This document shows positions 9,396 through 21,534 of a stretch of 38,248 nucleotides of DNA, piece by piece. Positions within the stretch are counted from its first letter, which is position 1. Every line of letters begins with the position of its first letter. This stretch comes from Chiloscyllium plagiosum (lineage: Eukaryota), in the NCBI RefSeq assembly GCF_004010195.1, contig NC_057754.1, positions 16,474 through 54,721 of the forward strand. Reading direction: 5' to 3'. The notes beneath the pieces were generated by a model, which had not been told where the DNA came from, ran no database searches, and saw only the letters and a list, made by a program, of their open reading frames with translations. A program made the position numbers and the translations under genes.

Positions 9396-11911
9396 CAGTC
9401 ATAGAAATGTACAGCATGGAAACAGACCCTTCGGTCCAACCCGTCCATGCCGACCAGATATCCCAACCCAATCTAGTCCCATCTGCCAGCACCCGGCCCA
9501 TATCCCTCCAAACCCTTCCTATTCATATACCCATCCAAATGCATCTTAAATGTTACAATTGTACCAGCCTCCACCACATCCTGTGGCAGCTCATTCCATA
9601 CACGTGCCACCCTCTGCGTGAAAAAGTTGCCCCTTAGGTCTCTTTTATATCTTTCCCCTCTCACCCTAAACCTACGCCCTCTACTTCTGGACTCCCCGAC
9701 CCCAGGGAGAAGACTTTGCCTATTTACCCTATCCATGCACCTCATAATTTTGTAAACCTCTATAAGGTCACCCCTCAGCCTCCAACGCTCCAGGGAAAAC
9801 AGCCCCAGCCTGTTCAGCCTCTCCCTGTAGCTCAGATCCTCTAACCCTGGCAACATCCTCGTAAATCTATTCTGAACCCTTTCAAGTTTCACAACATCTT
9901 TCCGATAGAATTGCACGCAATATTCCAACAGTGGCCTAACCAACACCCTATACAGCCACAACATGACCTCCCAAATCCTGTACTCAATACTCTGACCAAT
10001 AAAGGAAAGCATACCAAACGCCTTCTTCACTATCTGGTCCAGATCCTGTTGTAACCTGAGGTAACCCTCTTCACTGTCCACTACACCTGCAATTTTGGTG
10101 TCATCTGCAAACTTACTAACTGTACCTCTTATGCTCGCATCCAAATCATTTATGTAAATGACAAAAAGTAGAGGACCCAGCACCGATCCTTGTGGCACTC
10201 CACTGGTCACAGGCCTCCAGTCTGAAAACAACCCTCCTCCACCATCCTCTGTCTTCTACCTTTGAGCCAGTTCTGTATGCAAATGGCTAGTTCTCCCTGT
10301 ATTCCATGAGATGCAGCCTTGCTCACCAGTCTCCCATGGGGAACCTTGTCGAACGCCTTACTGAAGTCCACAAAGATCACCTCTACTGCTCTGCCCTCAT
10401 CAATCTTTGTTACTTCTTCAAAACACTCAGTCAAGTTTGTGAGACATGATTTCCCACACACAAAGCCATGTTGAATATCCTGAATCAGTCCTTGCCTTTC
10501 CAAATACATGTACATCCTGTCCTTCAGGATTCCCTCCAACAACTTGCCCACCACCGAGGTCAGGCTCACCGAACTATAGTTCCCTGGCTTGTCCTTACCG
10601 CCCTTCTTAAACAGTGGCACCACGTTTGCCAACCTCCAGTTTTCCGGCACCTCACCAGTGACTATCAATGATACAAATATCTCAGCAAGATGCCCAGCAA
10701 TCACTTCTCTAGTTTCCCACAGAGTTCTCGGGTACACCCGATCAGGTCCTGGGGATTTATCCACGTTTAACCATTTCAAGACATCCAGAACATCCTCCTC
10801 TGTAATCTGGACATTTTGCAAGATGTCACCATCTATTTCCCTACAGTCTATATCTTCCATATCCTTTTCCACAGTAAATACTGATGCAAAATATTCATTT
10901 AGTATCTCCCCCATTTTCTGTGGCTCCACACAAAGGCCACCTTGCTGATCTTGGAGGGGCCCTATTCTCTCCCTAGTTATCCTTTTGTCCTTAATATATT
11001 TATAAAAACCCTTTGCCAAAGCTATCTCATGTCCCCGTTTTGCCCTCCTGATTTCCCTCTTAAGTATACTCCTGATTTCTTTATTCTCTTCTAAGGATTC
11101 ACTCGATCTCTCCTGTCTATACCTGACATATGCTTCCTTCTTTTTCTTAACCAAACCCTCAATTTCTTTAGTCATCCAGCATTCCCTATACCTACCAGCC
11201 TTCCCTTTCACCCTGACAGGAATATACTTTCTCTGGATTCTTGTTATCTCATTTCTGAAGGATTCCCACTTTCCAGCCGTCCTTTTACCTGCGAACATCT
11301 GCCCTTTTGATCAGCTTTCGAAAGTTCTTGCCTAATACCGTCAAAATTGGCCTTTCTCCAATTTAGAACTTCAACTTTTAGACCTGGTCTATCCTTTTTC
11401 ATCACTATTTTAAAACAAATAGAATTATGGTCGCTGGCCCCAAAGTGCTCCCCCACTGACACCTCAGTCACCTGCCCTGCCTTGTTTCCCAAGAGTAGGT
11501 CAAGTTTTGCACCTTCTCTAGTAGGTACATCCACATACTGAATCAGAAAATTGTCTTGTACACACTTAAGAAATTCCTCTCCATCTAGATATCCTAGTCC
11601 CATGTTCCTAACCATGCCCTGAGTTCATCTGCCTTCCCTGTTGGACCCCTTGCATTGAAATAAATGCAGTTTAATTTATTAGTCCTACCTTGTCCCTGCC
11701 TGCCCTGACTGTTTGACTCACTTCTGTTCTCAGCTGTACCCGTCTCAGATCGAACTCTTTCCTCATTATCTCCCTGGGTCCCACCCCCTCACCTTACTAG
11801 TTTATATCCTCCCAAGCAGTTCTAGCAAATCTCCCTGCCAGTATATTAGTTCCCTTCCAATTTAGGGCAATCCGTTCTTCTTGTACAGGTCACTTCTACC
11901 CCAAAAGAGAT
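9396..11911 (-). mobile_element. CR1 LINE (second family) nested in the CR1 above; ORF2 frameshifted and internally deleted
   Basis: ORFs 11244-11615, 10207-11298 and 9473-10231 give the EN end and RT motifs ([40 protein letters not shown]). Confidence 0.92.
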
Positions 11912-12379
11912 TCCTCTGCACGCTTTGATCTTTCATCTTAGTGTCATCGGCAAATTTTGACACTGTACACATGGTCCCCAACTTCAAATCATTTATATAA
12001 GTTGTAAATAATTGTGGTCCCAACACCAAACCCTGAGGCACACCACTAATTACTGATTGCCAACCAGAATAGCACTCATTTGTCCCCACTCTTTGCTTCC
12101 TGTTAGTCAACCAATCCTCAATCCATGCTCATAATTAACCCATAACACCATGCATCCTTATCTTATGCAGCAGCTTCATGCGCAGCACCTTGTCAAAGGC
12201 CTTTTGGAAATCTATGTACACCACATCCACTGGGTCCCCATTGTCCACCTTCTTTGAAATGTCTTCATAGAATTCCAAAAGATTTGTGAAGCATGACCTG
12301 CCCTTCATGAACCCATGCTGCGTCTGTACAATGGGACAAATTTGTTGTGGTTCTGTTCGCCGAGCTGGGAATTTGTGTT

Positions 12380-12419
12380 GCAGACATTTCGTCCCCTGTC
12401 TAGGTGACATCTTCAGTGC
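12380..12419 (-). ncRNA. Minimal hammerhead ribozyme motif, second pLTR arm
   Basis: Reverse complement reads GCA-CUGAAGA-U-GUCACCUAGACAGGGGAC-GAAA-U-GUC-UGC. Confidence 0.65.
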
Positions 12420-13777
12420 TTGGTAGCCTCCTGTGAAGCGCTTCTGCGATCTTTCCTCCGGCATTTATAGTGGTTTGTCTCTGCTGTTTCTGGTTGTCAG
12501 TTCCAGCTGTCCGCTGCAGTGGCCGGTATATTGGGTCCAGGTTGATGTGTTTGTTGATAGAATCTGTGGATGAGTGCCATGCCTCTAGGAATTCCCTGGC
12601 TGTTCTCTGTTTGGCTTGTCTTATAATAGTAGTGTTGTCCCAGTCGAACTCATGTTGCCTGTCATCTGTGTGTGTGACTACTAAGGATAACTGGTCGTGT
12701 CGTTTCGTGGCTAGTTGGTGTTCATGGATGCGGATCGTTAGCTGTCTTCCTGTTTGTCCTATGTAGTGTTTTGTGTAGTCCTTGCATGGGATTTTGTACA
12801 CTATGTTGGTTTTGCTCATGCTGGGTATCGGGTCCTTTGTCCTGGTGAGTTGTTGTCTGAGAGTGGCTGTTGGTTTGTGTGCTGTTATGAATCCTAGTGG
12901 TCGTAGTACTCTGACTGTCAGTTCAGAAATGCTCTTGATGTATGGTAGTGTGGCTAGTCCTTTGGGTTGTAGCATGTCCTCGTTCTGTTGTCTTTCCCTG
13001 AGGCATCTGCTGATGAAATTGCGCGGGTATCCATTTTTGGCGATTACATTGTATAGGTGTTCCTCTTCTTCCTTTTTTTGCAGTTCTGTGTGTGCTGCAG
13101 TGTGTTGTGGCCCTTTTGAATAGTGTCTTGATGCAACTTCTTTTGTGTGTGTTGGGGTGTAGTTTAGGACTTGGTCTGTGTGTGTGGCTTTCCTGTAAAC
13201 CTTTGTGGTGAATTCTCCATTCGGTGTTCTCTGTACCATCACGTCTAGGAATGGGAGTTGGTTGTCCTTTTCTTCCTCTCTAGTGAATCGGATTCCTGTG
13301 AGTGTGGCGTTGATGATCGGGTGTGTGTTTTCTATTTCTGTGTTTTTAATGATTACAAAGGTGTCATCCACATATCTGACCCAGAGTTTGGATTGAATTT
13401 GGGGTAGGACTGTTTGTTCTAATCTTTGCATTACAGCTTCTGCTATGAGTCCAGAGATGGGTGAGCCCATGGGTGTGCCGTTGATTTGTTCATATATTTG
13501 GTTGTTGAATGTGAAGTGTGTTGTGAGGCACAGGTCCAGTAGTTTGAGTATGCAGTCTTTGTTGATAGTATTATAGGACAAGCCAAACAGAGAACAGCCA
13601 GAGAATTCCTAGAGGCATGGCACTCATCCACAGATTCTATCAACAAACACATCGACCTGGACCCAATATACCGACCACTGCAGCGGACAGCTGGAACTGA
13701 CAACCGGAAGCGGCAGATACAAACCACTATAAATGCTGGAGGAAACAACACAGAAGCGCTTCACAGGAGGCTCCCAA

Positions 13778-13818
13778 GCACTGAGGATGTCACCTAGACA
13801 GGGGACGAAATGTCTGCA
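13778..13818 (+). ncRNA. Minimal type I hammerhead ribozyme motif in the Penelope pLTR
   Basis: GCA-CUGAGGA-U-GUCACCU-AGAC-AGGGGAC-GAAA-U-GUC-UGC. Core boxes, helix II and a short helix I are present. It has U where minimal motifs usually have C after GAAA. Confidence 0.65.
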
Positions 13819-15849
13819 ACACAAATTCCCAGCTCGGCGAACAGAACCACAACAATGAGCACCCGAGCTACAAATCTTCTCACAAATGGGACAATTTCTT
13901 TTGAGATGCCCTGCTTTCTCTTCCTTGACAATAGACTCAAGTATCTTCCTCACTACAGAGGTTAAGCTCACTGGTCTATAATTCCCCATCTTTTGTCTCC
14001 TTTTTAAACAGTGGTGCCACATTTGCTATTTTCCAATCTGCTGGGACTGCCCCAGAGTTCAGTGAACTTTGGAAAATTATCACTAGTCCACCTGCTATTT
14101 CTCCCACCATTTTTTTTGTACTCTGAGATGCATTCCATCAGGGCCAGGAGACTTATCTATCCTTAGCTCCATTAGTTTGCCCAACACTAGTTCTTCTGTA
14201 AAAATAATTGTTTCCAGGTCCTCACCTACCTTCATCTCTTCGTCACCTACTGGCATGTTATTAGTATCCTCCACAGTGAAGACCGATGCAAAGTACCTGA
14301 TCAATGCCTCAGCCATTTCATCATATCCCAAAACTGACCGCCCCTTCTCATCCTCTAAAGTACCAACATTTACTTTAGTCACCCTTCATTTTATATATTG
14401 ATAGAAACTTTTGCTATCTGTCTTTAAATTCTGTGCTAGTTTTTCTCTCATACTCTCTTACTTTTCTTTATAGCCCTTTTTGTGGTTTTCTGTTGACCTT
14501 TAAAGTTTTCCCAATCTTCTGTTTTTGGCCACTTTGTATGCCTTCTCTTTCACTTTGGTAGCCTCCCCTATTTCCTTTGACACCCCATGGCAGATTACCC
14601 CTCCTCTTACAGTCCTTCCTTCTCACCACAATATACTTTGACTGAGCACCTCGAAAAATTTCTTTGAAGGTCCTCCACTGCTCGTCAACTGTCGGACCAT
14701 AAAGTCTCTGTTTCCAGTTTAGCCAGGTCCTCCCTCATTCTATAATAGGCCCTCTTATTCAAGCACAGGACAATGCTATTGGATTTTATCTTCACAATAT
14801 CTATCTGTAATCTAAATTCAACCATTCTGTGATCATTCCTTCCAAGAAGATCCCTGACCATGAGGTCATTAATTATTCCTGTCTCATTACACAGGACCAG
14901 ATCTAGGATAGCTTGCTTCCTCTTCCGTTCAAGAAAGCTGTCACAGATGCACTCAACGAACTCCTGCTCAAGGCTACCCTAATCAAGCTGGTTCGACCAA
15001 TCTACCTGCAGATTAAAATCCCCCATGATAATAGCCATATCATTTTTTTAGGCATTAGTTATTTCCTTGTTTATTGCCCACCCCAATGTAATGTCATTAT
15101 TTGGTGGCTTATAGACTACACCTATCAGTGATATTTTCTTCTTGGAATTCCTCATTTCCACCCAATGGATTTGACGTCATGCTCCATAGAACTTATATCA
15201 TCTCTCAGTACTGCCCTGATGTCGTCCTTGAATATCAGAGCTACATCACCTCTCTTGCATTCCTGTCCATCCTTCCAAATAGTCTGGTATCCCTGGATAC
15301 TTAAATCCCAGTCATGACCATTCTGTAACCATGTCTCTGTGATGGCTACCAAATCATATTCATTCGCAAAGATTTGTGCCGTTAACTCATCGACCTTATT
15401 ACGAATGCTACAAGCATTCAGGTAAAGTGCCCTTATGCTAACTTGCTTACCCTCATGATTTACAACATCTCTAATATCTCCTGAGTTAGCCTTCATTTTT
15501 GCTTCTTTCATAGTCTGCCTTGAACTTAAACCCTCCTGCATACATGCTAACCTGCTGCTTACCTTTTCCTATATCACCATACTTCCTGTTGCTTTCCCTT
15601 TCCCTTGCCCCTGACTCACAGGTTTAAAGTTCTAGTGGCTACCCTATTTATCCAGAAAACATCTCTGGATATGAATCACAAAAGATTAGCCTGCAGGTAC
15701 TACAAGTGATCCAGTTAGTAGTTATGGAGGGTGGGGTGAGGAGTGATTTAAAAATCCAATCAGAAAGGTCAGAAGACTACATCAATGCTAACCAAGCAGG
15801 ATGAAAGGACAAAGAGTTGAACAAAAATTGACAATCGGCAAATAAGATT

Positions 15850-17900
15850 AACATGGAAAAAAAGGTAAAAACTAAGTTAAGTATTCTTTTTATCTCAATG
15901 CATGAAGCTTCTGCAATATGATAGCTAAGCAAGTGGCACACAGATATTTTTCAATAAACTTTAACATTTCTGTTCTGACATGATTCCAGAGTTGTGGTTA
16001 CAATGTGATCCAGTGTAGGAAATAAAAATTTGAGGTTACTCCATATTTTGGAAAGAAAGAAAGAATGGCAAAGGAAGAGTAGCTCTGATTATAAAGAATA
16101 ACATAAAGACTTTAATGAAAAAGGACCTATCAGAAGTAGGAAGAAAAGCAGAAATTGCTGGGAAAACTCAACATGTCTGGTAGCATCTGTGGAGAGAAAT
16201 CAGAGCTAATGTGTTGGGTCAAGTGAGCCTTTCTCAGTAGATTCGATTCCCTACAGTGTGGAAACAGGCCATTTCGCCCAACAAATCCACACCAACCCTC
16301 CGAAGAGTAACCCACACAGACCCATTTCCCTCTGACTAATGCACCGAATACCATGGGCAATTTAGCATGGCCATTTCACTTGGCCTGCACATCTTTGGAC
16401 TGAGAGGAGAACGTGCAAACTCCACATAGATAGTGGCCCAAAGCTGGAATCAAACCTGGGTCACTGGCATTCAGGGGCAGCTGTGCTAATCACTGAGCCA
16501 CTGTGCCACCCCCAGAGGATCAATCCATGTAGAAGTAAGAAGATCAAGAGTTAGAAAACACTGACGCGACTAGTTCATAGACCACTGACCAGTTAAAATA
16601 TTGGACAGAGCTGTAAACAATAAGTTACTGAGGCTTGTGAACAAAAGCAATATGAAAATTGTAGTGGAGTTTAATCTTCATGGAGGCTGGGGCAAGCAAA
16701 AGTAGACAAGAAGATGGAATTATAGAATACTGTGTGACAATTTCTTGGAGCAACCCATTGTGGAATTGACAAGGGATAAAGCTATCTTAGATTTAGTATT
16801 GTGTAACAAAGAAGAATTATTTAGGAATGCTGCTGTAAAAGATCCACTAGGCAATAATGATCACAACACCATTGATTTCCATATTAAGTTTGAAAGTGAC
16901 AAACTCTAAACAAACAAGAATTTTAAAGCTAATTACATTGGTATAAAAGGAGAACTGATTTAGGTTGGCTGTAAATGAACAAGGAAAATATTTAAAGAAA
17001 TAATTCAAAATGTTCAATAAAAGTGAACATGTTCAATTGAATAACAAAAATCCAGTAAGAAAGACCCATCCATGGCTCACTCAGGAAATTAAGGATACTT
17101 CAAGATTTGGGGCTTCTCATTCAAGGTAAGGATTATGTTAGTTTAAAGAAGAGGCTCATAATATTGTAAAATTAAACAAGTCTGAGAAATGTGAGTGTTT
17201 CAGAACCCAGCAAAGGGACAACAAAAAAAGTAATAAAAAAGGGGGAAAGTGGTATGTAAGGGTGAACTAGCCACAGATAGAAGGATAGATTGTAAGAACT
17301 TTTAGAAGAATGTAAAAGAGAGTAGCTAAAAATAAACATTGGTCCATTGGAGCTGAGACAGGATAAATTATTGTGGGGAATGAGTAAATGGCCGAAGTAT
17401 GGAAGAAATATATTCTGCCTGTCTTCACAGCAAAAGACATACGGTCCATTTCAGAAATAAACAGAAACCTAGGAGTTAAAAAGAGTGAGGAAAAAGTCAA
17501 TATTAACAGGAAAAGAAATGGAGAAACTGAGGGGGAAAAATCTGATGAATCCATAGGACCAAGTGGCCTATGCTCGGGCTCAAAAAAGACGTGGCTGCAG
17601 TGATGGTGATATGTTGAATGAATAGTCCCATCAGATTGGAAGTTGGCAAATGTTACACTGCTTTTCAAGAAAGAATAGAGAGAGAAAGAGAATGGGAGAA
17701 AAGGAGAGTGGGAGAGAGAAAGAGAGAGAGTTGGGGAGAGAGAGAGTGGGTGGGGGTAGAGAGAGAGAGAAAATGGGGAACTACAGTTCACCGAGCCTGA
17801 CCCCAGCTGTTGAAAATGCTGGAATTTGTTTTTGAAGAAGCATTAAAAATGCACTTAGAAAAGCAAAGTATAATATAGACTCTACATTTTTTAGTTGACT
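15850..17900 (+). mobile_element. Old, highly degenerate CR1 LINE with inserted SINE, Penelope fragment (about 16141-16237) and GA microsatellite (about 17675-17772)
   Basis: Remnants such as gctatcttagatttagtattgtgtaac and ggcaataatgatcacaacacc (LDLVLCN and G.NDHNT equivalents), with many stops. Confidence 0.65.
16238..16512 (-). mobile_element. tRNA-derived SINE (HE1/V-SINE-like)
   Basis: Minus-strand A box TGGCTCAGTG, B-box-like GGTTTGATTCC, core tgtggagtttgcacgttctc, and a CR1-like tail. Confidence 0.85.
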
Positions 17901-18114
17901 TCCATTTTTGAATGGGAATTGATTTGGTAAAAGGACTGTTAGAACAAAAGACTGAGGATTCTTAACCAGTTCACACTGACGCTGAGACTGAAGGAGTTCC
18001 CAGCTGTTATTATTGTCAAATGGGTGTTTTGATGAAGAAGTGTATATTTCTTCAGAGATCTGTGGATAAAGAATGGATGATTATTTAACAAGTGGTGGTA
18101 CCATTCAGATATTA

Positions 18115-18425
18115 GGGGAGGTGATGGCCTACTGGTAATATCTCCAGGTAATTAATCCAAGGGTCCAGGCAATGTTCTGGGACCTGGGTTCAAATCCTAC
18201 CACGGTAGAATTTGAATCCAATAAAAATCTGGAATTAGGAGTCTAATGATGACCATGAATCCCTTGCCAATTGTTAGGAAAAACCCAGATGGATCACTAA
18301 TGACATTTTAGAGAAGGAAACTGCCTATGGGTGACACCAGAACCATGCCCCTTAACGGCCCTCTGGGCAATTAGAGATAGGCAATAAATGTTGTTCTACC
18401 CAATGACACCCTCATATCATGAATT
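18115..18425 (+). mobile_element. tRNA-derived SINE of a second family
   Basis: A box TGGCCTACTGG and B box GGTTCAAATCC, with a body unlike the HE1-like copies. Family not confidently assigned. Confidence 0.7.
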
Positions 18426-18712
18426 GTTTTTAAAAATTGCAAATCGATATCGCAAGTGACACGAAATTCCAAAGGCAGGTCATGTAGGAAAATGCAGGCG
18501 TCAATAAATAGATATTTTACAAGGTCAGGATTTCATGAAGATGTAGTGTAGGTCTGGAGTTTCTTTTTCAGAGCCAACGGAAAAGCTTGATGAGGGTAAT
18601 GCTGTTGCTGTGGTATACATGAATGCATTTGATACTGTCCACAACAGTTACAAGTCATTGATTTAAAATAGTCAGTAGCAACATGGATACAAAATGGGCT
18701 GAGTGATAGGAA

Positions 18713-19996
18713 AGAGTCAAAGAGATGTACAGCACAGAAACAGACCTTTTGGTTCAACTTGTCCATGCCGACCAGATCTCCCAACCCAATCTAGTCCCAC
18801 CTGCCAGCACCCGGCCCATATCCCTCCAAACCCTTCCTATTCATATACCCATCCAGATGCCTTTTAAATGTTGCACTTGTACCAGCCTTCACCACATCCT
18901 CTGGCAGCTCATTCCATACATGTACCACCCTCTGAGTGAAAAAGTTGCCTCTTAGGTCTCTTTTATAGCTTTCCCCCCCAGTTCTGGACTCTCCCATGCT
19001 TGGGAAAAGACTTTGTCTATTTATCCTATCTATGCCCCTCATAATTTTGTAAATCTCTATAAGGTCACCCCTCAGCCTCCGACGCTCCAGGGAAAACAGC
19101 CCCAGCCTGTTCAGCCTCTCCCTGTAGCTCAAATCCTCCAACCCTGGCAATATCCTTGTAAATCTTTTCTGAACCCTTTCAAGTTTCACAACATCTTTCC
19201 GATAGGAAGGAGACCAGAATTACACGCAATATTCCAACAGTGGCCTAACCGCTGTCCTGAACAGCTGCAACATGACCTCCCAACTCCTGTACCCAATACT
19301 CTAACCAATAAAGGAAAGCATACCAAATGCCTTCTTCACTATCCTATCTACCTGCGACTCCACTTTCAAGGAGCTATGAACCTGCACTCCAAGGTCTCTT
19401 TGTTCAGCAACTCTCCCTAGGACCTTACCATTAAGATTATAAGTCCTACTAAGATTTGCTTTCCCAAAATGCAGCACCTCACATTTATCTAAATTAAACT
19501 CCATCTGCCACTTCTCAGCCCATTGGTCTATCTGATCAAGATCCTGTTGTAATCTGAGGTAACCTTCTTCGTTGTCCATACACCTCCAATTTTGGTGTCA
19601 TCAGCAAACGTACTAACTTTACCTCTTACATTCACATCCAAATCATTTACATAAATGATGAAAATTAGTGGACCCAGCACCAATCCTTGTGGCACTCCAC
19701 TGGTCTCAGGCCTCCAGTCTGAAAAGCAACCCTCCACCACTACCCTCTGTCTTCTACCTTTGAGCCAGTTCTGTATCCAAATAGTGAGTTCTCCCTGTAT
19801 TCCATGAGATCTAACCTTGCTCACCAGTCTCCCATGGGGAACCTTGTCGAACACCTTACTGAAGTCCATATAGATCACATGCACCGCTCTGCCCTCATCA
19901 ATCCTCAGTGTTACTTCTTCAAAAAACTCAAATCAAGTCTGTGAGACATGATTTCCCCTAATGAGTCCTTGCCTTTCCAAATACATGTACATCCTG
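18713..19996 (-). mobile_element. CR1 LINE 3' half nested in a degenerate plus-strand CR1
   Basis: RT ORF fragments 19528-19884, 19301-19579 and 18791-19189. Same family as 9396-11911. Confidence 0.92.
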
Positions 19997-20354
19997 AGAG
20001 AGTAAGTGTCGATCAATATTTCTTAGCCTGGAGGAAGGGTCGCAGTGCAATTCCCCAGGGGTCAGTATGGGTACCCTTGCTTTACTTGATGTATATTAAT
20101 GATCTGGATCTTGGTGTGAAGGGGTCAGTTTCAAAGTTTGCAGGTTATGCGAAACTTGGAAGAACTGCAAACTGTGAGGAGAACAATGTGGAACTTCAGA
20201 TGGACATTGACAGATTGGTGGAGTGGGTGACAGATGAGGAGAAATGTGAGGTGATACACCTTGGTCAGGAGAATGTTGAAAGACAATATAAAATAGGAGG
20301 TACAATTCTAAAAGGGGTGTAGGAGCAGAGGGATCTGAGGGTATATGTGCACAG

Positions 20355-20574
20355 CTGAAAAAGTGTTGCTGGAAAAGCGCAGCAGGACAGGCAGCATCCA
20401 AGGAGCAGGAGAATCGACATTTCGGGCATGAGCCCTTCTTCAGGAATCCTGAAGAAGGGTTCATGCCCGAAACGTCGATTCTCCTGCTCCTTTGATACTG
20501 CCTGACTGCTGCGTTTTTCCAGCAACACATTTTCAGCTCTGATCTCCAGCATCTGCAGTCCTCACTTTCTCCTA
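20355..20574. mobile_element. Palindromic non-autonomous Penelope derivative with two back-to-back hammerhead motifs
   Basis: Arms of about 90 bp are inverted about 20445-20446, with a one-sided tail of about 35 nt. 15-bp TSD GGTATATGTGCACAG at 20340-20354 and 20575-20589. Confidence 0.88.
20444..20481 (+). ncRNA. Minimal type I hammerhead ribozyme motif
   Basis: GAAUC-CUGAAGA-A-GGGU-UCAU-GCCC-GAAA-C-GUC-GAUUC. Helix I (GAAUC/GAUUC), helix II and the core are intact. Confidence 0.75.
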
Positions 20575-21209
20575 GGTATATGTGCACAGGTCATTGAAGG
20601 TGGCAGGGCGGGTGGGGAAAGCAGTTCATAAAGTATATAATGTCCTCAGGCTTTTTTAATTAGAGATGTAGACTACAAGAACAAGGAGATGATGTGAACT
20701 GATTTGAGGCACTGGTTAGATCTCATCTGGAGTATTGTGTACAGTTGTGTGCTCAAAATTATAGGCAAGATGTTATAAAGCATTGAAGAGAGTGCTGAAG
20801 TGAGTTTCAGAAGAGATTTACAAGAATGGCTCCAGAGATGAGAAACTTCAGAGAGGTTGGGAATAGGCTGAGATCTGATAGAAGTTTTCAGAGTCATCAG
20901 AGATCTGCATACAGTAGCTGTACTGCTTCCATATAAAGAATTGAGAATGAGAGCACACAACTTGAAAGTACTTTGTAAAAGAAAAAAATGCGAGGAAAAA
21001 CTGTTTCACTCAACAAGGATATAGGGATGGAGTGCATTGACTGGAACTGTGGTGGAGGCAGGTTCAATTTGAGATGGCATTGGATGATTATTTGGATAGA
21101 AATGGGATGCAGGAATATGGGAACAATGCTTATTTGAAGAGTCAATGTATGGAGGAGGAGCCGAATGGTCTCTTTCTGCAGTTCAATCATTGTGTGACTT
21201 GTGGATAGG

Positions 21210-21534
21210 TATCAGCTTTTGCACAATGAGGAGTCAGGAATAGAAAAGCCAGCAGAGGATTTCTCTAAGAAACTAAAGCAGGATGGTAAGAAATACTCTA
21301 CAGTAGAAAATGAGACTTTGGGATTGTAAATAGTTCTCCAAACTTTTGAAGTCTAGGTCTGACACAATAACAGAGAGAAACACTGATCCTAATCCACTGG
21401 CTTTCACTCAAAAGATTTAAACTCAAAATAAGAGACTGTTTAGACAAAGTCTTCCATTTCAATCATTTACTGTAAAGTTGATTCACATTGCTGGCAAAGA
21501 TCTTCAAACTGCAGAGGAATTGTCCAGAGAGTGA
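21210..21534 (+). mobile_element. Degenerate Gypsy (Gmr1-like) RNase H remnant, probably followed by its 3' LTR (about 21656-22700, interrupted by a CR1 fragment at about 21695-22000)
   Basis: Hand translation: GIEKPAEDFSKKLKQDGKKYSTVENETLGL*IVLQTFEV*V...TDPNPLAF...NKRLFRQSLPFQSFTVKLIHIAGKDLQTAEELSRE*. This matches the Gypsy RNase H pattern (P..YFSKKL...YST.EKE, TDH.PL, RL.RW.L.LQ, H..GK.N..ADALSR). Confidence 0.75.

Larger units (their letters stand above)
12340..13884 (-). mobile_element. Penelope-like retroelement, 5'-truncated, RT + GIY-YIG endonuclease, inverted pLTR arms
   Basis: ORF 12400-13581 has GTPMGSPISG, RYVDDTF, LPFLDV and IVYKIPC...YIGQTGRQLTIRIHEH. 13572-13856 is an inverted copy of the 3' end. 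10-bp TSD AATGGGACAA at 12330-12339 and 13885-13894. Confidence 0.95.
8370..15650 (-). mobile_element. Long degenerate CR1 LINE (EN to 3' UTR) hosting three nested insertions
   Basis: EN start RALYLNACSIRNKVDEL...AITETWL (15152-15541), KSPGPDGMH (about 14140), QHGFMKG/DFQKAFDKV (12135-12330), KFADDTK (about 11950), and 3' UTR at about 8370-8460. Confidence 0.85.
19997..21200 (+). mobile_element. Degenerate CR1 LINE RT/3' end (continues from about 18520-18712)
   Basis: PQGSVWVPLLYLMYINDLD...SKFAGYAKL in ORF 19948-20322. Confidence 0.8.
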
